Shown piece by piece: positions 13,486-20,000 of a stretch of DNA of 20,000 nt. This DNA is from Paramecium tetraurelia (lineage: Eukaryota), in assembly GCA_000165425.1 (NCBI GenBank), contig CT868021.1, positions 243,759 to 263,758 of the forward strand. The letters run 5' to 3'. Position 1 is the stretch's first letter; each line of letters begins with the position of its first letter. The position numbers and the translations under genes were made by a program. Below the pieces are notes generated by a model. That model was given only the letters and a program-made list of their open reading frames with translations. It did no database searches and was not told the origin of the DNA.

Positions 13486-13580
13486 CTTATAAATGATGTT
13501 GGAGGTTCATTTTATCATAAAAATAATTTGTAGACCAAACTGATTGAGTTTGAAAATAAATATTCTTGTAGGTAGGTTTT
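13486..13580 (+). pseudogene. Possible remnant of a Paramecium MORN-variant-like repeat protein (GGG.Y...K.G.W.E family)
   Basis: LINDVGGSFYHKNNLQTKLIEFENKYSCRQV loosely matches the repeat pattern as I remember it; short and degenerate. Confidence 0.25.
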
Positions 13581-13990
13581 TAATTCTCAACTTAAAATTA
13601 TTTGTTAAATGTGTAATAACTGTAATGTTTAAATTCAATAATTATTTTGACATGGATTTTTGGGAGGAAAATACGTATTATATATACCCACATAATCTTC
13701 TGTTCTTTTTCACATTCTTGATTGAAATTTTAATTAAATGTGATTCGTATGTTTTATAACTACATATATAATTTCACTTTTCTTCTTGGGATTAGTGATT
13801 TATCAATTATTCAATTTGAACATTTAATAATTCAATCTACTTTTTCTTTTCAATTATTTATTTCTGTTTCTTTAAATCTTTTCGAATTTCAATCTATTTA
13901 GTTTGCTAAAAAATTTTGTTGAAACATCATTCTTGTGGATAGGAATGTTTGGATTACCATATTAATTCCTAAGTGCATTCATTAACTAAG

Positions 13991-14400
13991 ATGTAGGAGA
14001 ATATTTAAAGAAATAAGGTCATAAAATCGTAGGTTAAGCCAAAAATAAAAACACATAAATAATTTAAAGATGGTTATTTAAATATATAAAATGAATTGAG
14101 CTACAAAATGATGTAATAAAATTTTTTATTCTAAAATAATGAAGAATTCAAATTTAACCAGTTAAAATTTGATTACTACATTCTCGAGAAGGGAAAACTT
14201 TAGTAAAGCAATAAGAAAAGAATATTTAGAATAATTGTTCACGAGATCGAGATCGCCTTTGTCTAAGGTCAACTAATAAAATTTAACCAATTAGGGAAAA
14301 CCAAATAAGTATGAAAATATTTCAAATTCCAAATAAAAAATTAACACAATTAAACGAAAAATAAATGGGTTATAATGATTATACCAAACAATAGAAATTA
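13991..14400 (+). pseudogene. Possible decayed K/N/Q-rich gene remnant
   Basis: ATG 13991 opens MQENIQRNKVIKSQVKPKIK...; a shifted frame gives FSRRENFSKAIRKEYLEQLFTRSRSP; strong purine (A) strand bias as in coding DNA. Confidence 0.25.
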
Positions 14401-14779
14401 TACCTACAATTTTATGAAAAATAACAATTATTAGATTATACTAATCAATGAAAATGAAGACCTAGAAAACCCAAAAATACTAATTAAGAAAAACAGTAGA
14501 AAATTAACTTAGCAAAAGTAGATTTAGGTATGGAAGTAAATTGTAGGATAAAATATACCTCAATTAAAAATCATTTTTATCAATTAGTTTCTACAAATAT
14601 CATAAAATCTTCGACCAAATCAAATATTAAATTCCTCTAACAAATATAACATCAAAAATAGTAACAACCCATAAATTCTTAAATAAAAAACAAAAGGAAT
14701 GTTTAATGACTTTATATGTTTCTATCATTACATTATGCAATCTTAGAAAATGCATAATGATTTAAAAGATAAAAAAACT

Positions 14780-15760
14780 GCATATCTCCTCTTAATAATA
14801 ATTATTAACTCGAAGGAGATCTATGGTCCAAAATCGCCTAAGTGAGATTATATAATATCATATAATTTTGTTTCAGTAGTTGTTCAATTGAGTAGATTTG
14901 TGATGTGAATTATCTAGATTATTCAGGTACAAATATGATTTATTCCTTATTGAATTGTTTAAACATATTTTGTAAATTTTGCGATAAATATATGTTCTAA
15001 TATTTTAAATATTAGGCTTATTATAGTTCTTGACAACGTAGAGGATTGGTTTCGATATTATAGAGTTGTTTCCGTAAATCAGTTAATGAGGTATATGTGT
15101 TTTGTTTTTCTCAGAAATTTATTAGAGATTTTTTCGGAGCTAATTGATTTATTACTTGACATCTTTTATTGTAGTTTCTTAAACTTAACATTTAAGATAG
15201 GAGTTCTTTTATAACTTTCAAGGTAAACAAAATTTGCAAATATTGAAATTTTTAGAAAAATTAGAAATTATGCAAAAATGTAATTAAATTTGATTTACGC
15301 TATGAAGTCTGAATTAAAAAATAAAAACATTTATTTAAATAAAAAATGTCTGTAACCCTTTAAGTAGTAAATGCTGCGATTGGTACAATGGATTCTGCAT
15401 ATTTTGGGATCGTTTCAAAAGGATTTATATTCCCCAATAGAGCAAGCGCTTTAATAACATCAGATTATTTACTAAAGGGATGACAGATAGAGTCTTTAGA
15501 ATTAAGCAATCAGAGATTAAAATAGGGTAGCTTTTAGATAAAGCAAGTTTATAATAATTGGGGAGCTCCTTTTAAGTTATATATATTAGCAAAAAATGGG
15601 AATTTGACCAATTTCATCTTCCAGATAAAAATTAGATGATTAATGTTTTGTATAGAGCAGTTGGTCGAGGACTAATTATTCTCCATACACCATCAATACC
15701 ATGTTTTGCTGTTGGTTGTAAAGGTGCAGAATTTTTTTATTAATTTCGCTTTGAATTAGA
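14780..15760 (-). pseudogene. Decayed C-terminal part of a ubiquitin-activating enzyme E1 (UBA1-like)
   Basis: Ordered minus-strand fragments compared with UBA1 motifs from memory: GVWRIISPRPTAL (UBA1 PFWSGPKRCPHPL); FFANIYNL (LFAQTYGL); DVIKALALL (DFIVAASNL); YAESIVPIAAFTTQRVT at about 15401-15351 (IAGKIIPAIATTTAAVV); APKKSLINF*EK with TGA at 15111-15113 (TLWDR). Multiple frameshifts. Confidence 0.45.
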
Positions 15761-15789
15761 GTTTATAATTTATAATACTTATTTTACTG

Positions 15790-16900
15790 TCATAATTCCT
15801 TTTATTTAAGCGTTTTTCGATCACTTTATAAACCGATTCGCTATAGTTTTCTAAATGCTCATTAGTAATTTCACTCCAACAAATATATATTTCCTAGTTC
15901 AACTTTAATGCGGTTCTGCAATCCTTTTAAGAATGTTTTTTTTTTGAATTCACTCCATAGCATTTCAATAGGATTCAATTATGGCGTATAAGTTATTTCC
16001 AGATTCATTATCAATCAAACAAACACATAACTTCTTCAACCATATTTCTAATTACAAACTTGAATTAGTTTAATTAAATAGTTTCAACCAAAAAGCAATT
16101 ACATTACATCTAAAGCATGAATACATTAGAAAATTCTTACTCATACTATCATTTATATTATTCTTTTTTCGTTTCTGCTCCCTTATTATAATATGTCTAT
16201 TTTTTCAAACTCAAAATTTAGGGTCTATAAAATCTTTCCTATTCCAACTTCATATATATATATAAATTCATTACTTCTTCAAAAGAAATAAAATTGTAAA
16301 TGCATAAAATATTATGAAACTGATTGTTGCAGCAAACATAATTTTTGTTCAATTTTATATGAAAATCCTAAGAACTTCAAAACTTTTGTAAAATAGTCTT
16401 AAAATTTAGTTTCTACTTAATTTGAAATGGTTAAAAAGTGATTAAAAATATGTTGTCTAGAACACAATTGATTTTAGTTTGGCTTTTTGATGAATTCATC
16501 TACTATGCTCTTCCTCAAATAAAAGCAAATAGTCAATCCCCCTCCCGTTAAATGAATTCCATCCTAATTAAATTGATTTTAACCTTCTTTCTAATAATCC
16601 AATCCAAGTGGATTAGTAAATAGAGGAATATCGTTCGAATGTAATTTTTTAAATACGCATTAATTTTGTAATGTATGTCGATTGATTCTTAAATGGCAAC
16701 GAATGTTGTATTTTAATTTTAGGCTTTATCTAAACTTTTTATACTTTGTTAAATAAGTAAAGAACAAAATTCTTACGCTTATTCATTTTACAGCTAACAG
16801 ATAAGGCTTGCTTCTTGAAATAAGAGTAATTTGTTGATTGTTTCAATTGATCTATAACTCAAGCATGATCCAAAATAATTATGATCATTTAATAATTTAA
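15790..16900 (-). pseudogene. Decayed IS630/Tc1/mariner (ITm) DDE transposase
   Basis: Motifs in the correct order on the minus strand: HTH end YFTKVLKFLGFSYK (about 16395-16354); first-Asp motif YI(Y)EVGIG with TAT in place of GAT at 16252-16254; second-Asp motif VCLIDNE (Asp 16010-16012); Glu motif YTPQLNPIEMLWSEFKKK (15990-15937, Glu 15964-15966); C-terminal WSEITNEHLENYSESVYKVIEK. The motifs lie in different frames. 5' boundary uncertain. Confidence 0.85.
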
Positions 16901-17176
16901 TAGTATACTCTAGCACATATCGTTGTAAATATCACTTTCAATCTGCTCAATTTACATCTAATATATAAAATTATAAAAATAATATCAGTTCGAAGTAAAA
17001 GAGTAGTAGCAGAAAATCAATTCAAAAATATACTTTCATTATAATATATAAGAGCATTAGTTTTTTCTTTGTTACTCTGTAATTAAAAAGGAAATCTCAA
17101 ATTAACACACAAAGTAAAATATAATTCAAAATTTAAATTGACATTATTTTCTTAACATTTATGCTAATAATCATTT

Positions 17177-17780
17177 ATGAAGCAAAGGCCCATAGGATCA
17201 GTTAATTATGACTATGATTGCATCATTTTGTAAGGGATTTATCTCCCTAAAAGATCAAGTTCTCTTAATACAACAGACTAATTACCAATAGGTTATTCGA
17301 ATCAAACTCCAAGACTTGAAAATTGGTCTGCTGATTTTAAAACAAACTCTTAAACACTATAGGAGACTTTCTTAGAAATTGATGTAGCTAAATCATGGGG
17401 TTTTTGATCAAGATTATTCCCCAAATAAAATTTGGATGAAGAATGTTTTATATACTTTAAAGCCAAATCAAGAGTTATTTAAGTGTTCTCTTAATGAATG
17501 TCTCTCTATTCTCATCACCGAATACTTGAATTAATTTTTCTTAATAGTAATAAGAATTATTTCAACATTCAACACTTCCTACTATAGAAAGTACAAATAG
17601 TAAACTGAGCTAAAGAAAGTTGCAAAAAAGAAATAAAAACTAACAAAAAGATATTATAAATAACTTTGTTAAATAAATAAATTTAAGAACTAGAGGCTGT
17701 TGCAATATGGCAGGAACCACAAAATTGAATTATCGTTTGATGTCAATATTAACAATAAAGAGAAAAACGCCTTTCACTGA
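17177..17780 (+). pseudogene. Decayed ORF divergent from the transposase, resembling the accessory ORF of ciliate ITm transposons
   Basis: ATG 17177 opens MKQRPIGSVNYDYDCIILQGIYLPKRSSSLNTTDQL; a shifted frame at 17412-17483 gives DYSPNKIWMKNVLYTLKPNQELFK. I recall G.YLP...S and P.K.W..NV..TL.P....F as motifs of ciliate transposon-associated ORFs; not verified by search. Confidence 0.5.
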
Positions 17781-17948
17781 AGCTGCATAGGAAAATATTA
17801 ATTAATAATTTCAATTAACAATTTAAATATCTTAATCTTTTATAATTATTTAATGCTTTTCCCATAATACTTAACGTTCTTTCCAACCCAATTCCTAAAA
17901 ACAAAGAAATATTATAAGTAAGCAAGGTCCAATTTATATTTTATTGTA

Positions 17949-18091
17949 NNNNNNNNNNNNNNNNNNNNNNNNNNNNNNNNNNNNNNNNNNNNNNNNNNNN
18001 NNNNNNNNNNNNNNNNNNNNNNNNNNNNNNNNNNNNNNNNNNNNNNNNNNNNNNNNNNNNNNNNNNNNNNNNNNNNNNNNNNNNNNNNNNN
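17949..18091. other. Assembly gap (143 N)
   Basis: Run of N in the sequence. Confidence 1.
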
Positions 18092-18199
18092 ATTAAAGCA
18101 TGTGAGAAATTAATTACAAATTACAAGAAATATTACTGACAATTTTTCTATTTAATGAAAATAAACTCATGTATATATATTAAAAAAAGTGAATTATAC

Positions 18200-18350
18200 T
18201 ATTGAAAATGGTGGTTTAAATCTAATAAGGTTCTATGTAAGCCAAATGTATTCTATTTGGAATCTCAATTAATTGTATGTAAATATTAGGAGGATAAGAA
18301 ATTAGGGATTCAAGTTTTTGAAATTAAAAGAATGACATATAAAGTATGAA
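18200..18350 (+). pseudogene. Possible remnant of the final repeat of a MORN-variant-like repeat protein
   Basis: FYLESQLIVCKYQEDKKLGIQVFEIKRMTYKV* resembles the F...SQV.Y.GEY..GKKVG.W pattern; degenerate. Confidence 0.25.
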
Positions 18351-20000
18351 TAAACTCTTAAGGTGAGTTGATTTTTGTTCTTATATATTATAAATCGTGA
18401 AGTAAAAATTATATAGAATTACAACTATATAAAAAGAGAACTTCATAAAAGTTTGTATTTCTTACCAGATCATTCAGAATTATAGAATTATTGTAAATCT
18501 TTCTTATTATCAATTTATTTAGCTTAAAATTTAAAAACACTATTCATGAGTTAATTAACTTAAATTTGTGGAAATCAAAATAATGAAATAAGGAATATCA
18601 AAATAAAAGTATCTTGTAAACTCTTCTTAATCTAATTAAATAAAACTGATTTTGATTGATTTGTGATTGGTAGTGTATTATTTTGGGAAAAACAGTGTAG
18701 AATAATATTTCCCTATATAGATCAACTTCAATGCAATCAACATATAATATCTAATTTGTTTTTTAAAAGGAATTCTCAATTTTTTGTTATATGTAATGTC
18801 ATAGATATTTTCGTTTATTTTGGAATTCATTTCAAATAGGAAATGAATTTAATGAGTATATATTTTAATTAAAAATCATATTATATCTTCATACTGCCAA
18901 TTCTAATGAAGCGATACTGAATTAAAGGCTTGTTTGCCTCTGTCAAAGTTATGAATAGAATATTATTTTAAATTTACTAATTTACAACAAAAAATTTATT
19001 TAATTTTATAAATACACACCTAGACGATGAAATTGGTCAGTTAAACACCAGAAAGGATTAAACTGTAAATAATCATTGATAAAAATTGAAATGAAATTAA
19101 CTAATGTTTGGCTTCTTATATGGTTTTGAATTATTGGATGAATTATGCGAAACTAAAAAAATATAATATATGATATCATAAACTGTATCAAATGTGAAAT
19201 TATTTATAAATTCAATATTTTAAAGATACTAATAATTATAATTAAAATAGAAAATTTAATCTATTGAACTTTGAGATCTTAGTAATTTAATTCATGCTTA
19301 AATCTGTAAATTCAATTTAGAATTTCTAAATTATCATTCTATAATTAAAGGTAAATTAGAATAATGCAAAAACGCATTATTAGGTTCTTTCATAAACACT
19401 AAAAGAATCTTAAAATTGAAGCAGATCATAAACCAAGAGGATTTACAATATTTTGAAATCTTAATAAGAATTTATTACTTCGATAAAGTTTGATCCTGTC
19501 TTTTTTTTAAATATTCATAATCTAGCGCCCTCAAAAAGAAAAAAATTTAGAATAAGAGTGTTAGCAGATATGGATATAACTTAAATCTCTAATCTTTTAT
19601 CACTAAAAGAATAAAATTCTACCGAATCTATCATCTAATTGAGCGAATATCAAATATAAATTATAGTTAAACATTTTAAATCATTGAAATCAAATAGAAA
19701 TGAGGTAAATACTCTATTATTGCATATATACTATTTTTGTCAAGGGATTAAATCTGATAAAGTTTTTTAATGCATTTAAAATAATTTAATTGGCAAGTCC
19801 TTTATGAATTTATTGGATTTTTAACACATTTTTTTCATTGTTAGTAAAATTTTCCATCTAGTATTAAGGTTTTTAGAGGAATTCGATGTGCCCTTTTTAC
19901 AAATATTTTCCATCTTTTTATATTTTACTTCAGCCATTTATTTTCCTAATAATAATTAAGTAAATAATAACGAAAATTGCATAATTTAAAACTAAAACTA

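Larger units (their letters stand above)
15785..17948. mobile_element. Relic of a multi-ORF ITm DNA transposon (transposase plus divergent second ORF); ends not resolved
   Basis: A DDE transposase remnant and a second ORF are head-to-head with an AT-rich spacer at about 16960-17175. No convincing terminal inverted repeat was found; the right side runs into the N gap. Confidence 0.65.

Noticed and set aside
9981..13759. Track ORFs 9981-10178 (-) and 13544-13759 (+)
   Set aside because: Non-ATG starts, wrong genetic code, and I/K/F/L/N-rich composition typical of random AT-rich DNA.
15670..15733. NSAPLQPTAKHGIDGVWRII as an ankyrin repeat
   Set aside because: Single isolated copy lacking the TPLH core; the surrounding context fits E1 better.
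15347..15750. Plus-strand ORF MSVTLQVVNAAIGTMDSAYFG... with NNWGAP (faint SUN-domain resemblance)
   Set aside because: Stops at TGA 15481 and is better explained as the antisense of the E1-like remnant, which has more ordered motif matches; not fully excluded.
15785..15800. TACTGTCATAATTCC as the left terminal inverted repeat (similar to the TAYAG end consensus)
   Set aside because: No matching inverted copy found on the right side, and it overlaps the apparent transposase tail.
10640..17800. TGA at apparent Trp positions (e.g. NF*EK at 15111, LI*KEE near 11365) as stop-codon readthrough or recoding
   Set aside because: The same segments also carry frameshifts, and the intact gene uses TGG for Trp and TGA as stop. 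TGG-to-TGA decay is the simpler explanation.
1..20000. Telomeric repeats, CRISPR arrays, tRNA/rRNA genes, tyrosine recombinase ORF
   Set aside because: No G4T2/G3T3 arrays, spaced direct repeats, structured-RNA signatures or R-HxxR-Y motifs seen by eye.

Overview
This is AT-rich ciliate DNA, very likely Paramecium: TAA/TAG read as Gln, TGA is the only stop, and introns are 22-26 nt GTA...TAG. The supplied standard-code ORF track is therefore misleading. The left half is one intact gene of 8 exons (207-9779, +, about 3133 aa): signal peptide, putative ConA/LamG-like region, Cys-rich furin/EGF-like repeats, a GGAI-type beta-helix region, and a C-terminal domain of about 8-9 transmembrane segments. 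It contains no frame-breaking insertion (IES), which suggests somatic (macronuclear) sequence. The right half (about 9800-20000) has no intact gene I can support. It is a run of decayed sequences. The clearest is an IS630/Tc1/mariner (ITm) DDE transposase relic on the minus strand (motif YTPQLNPIEMLWSEFKKK), head-to-head with a second decayed ORF resembling the accessory ORF of ciliate ITm transposons. Also present are a probable ubiquitin-activating E1 fragment, a RING-like fragment, other gene remnants and a 143-N assembly gap. All translations were done by hand; family assignments come from remembered motifs, not database searches.
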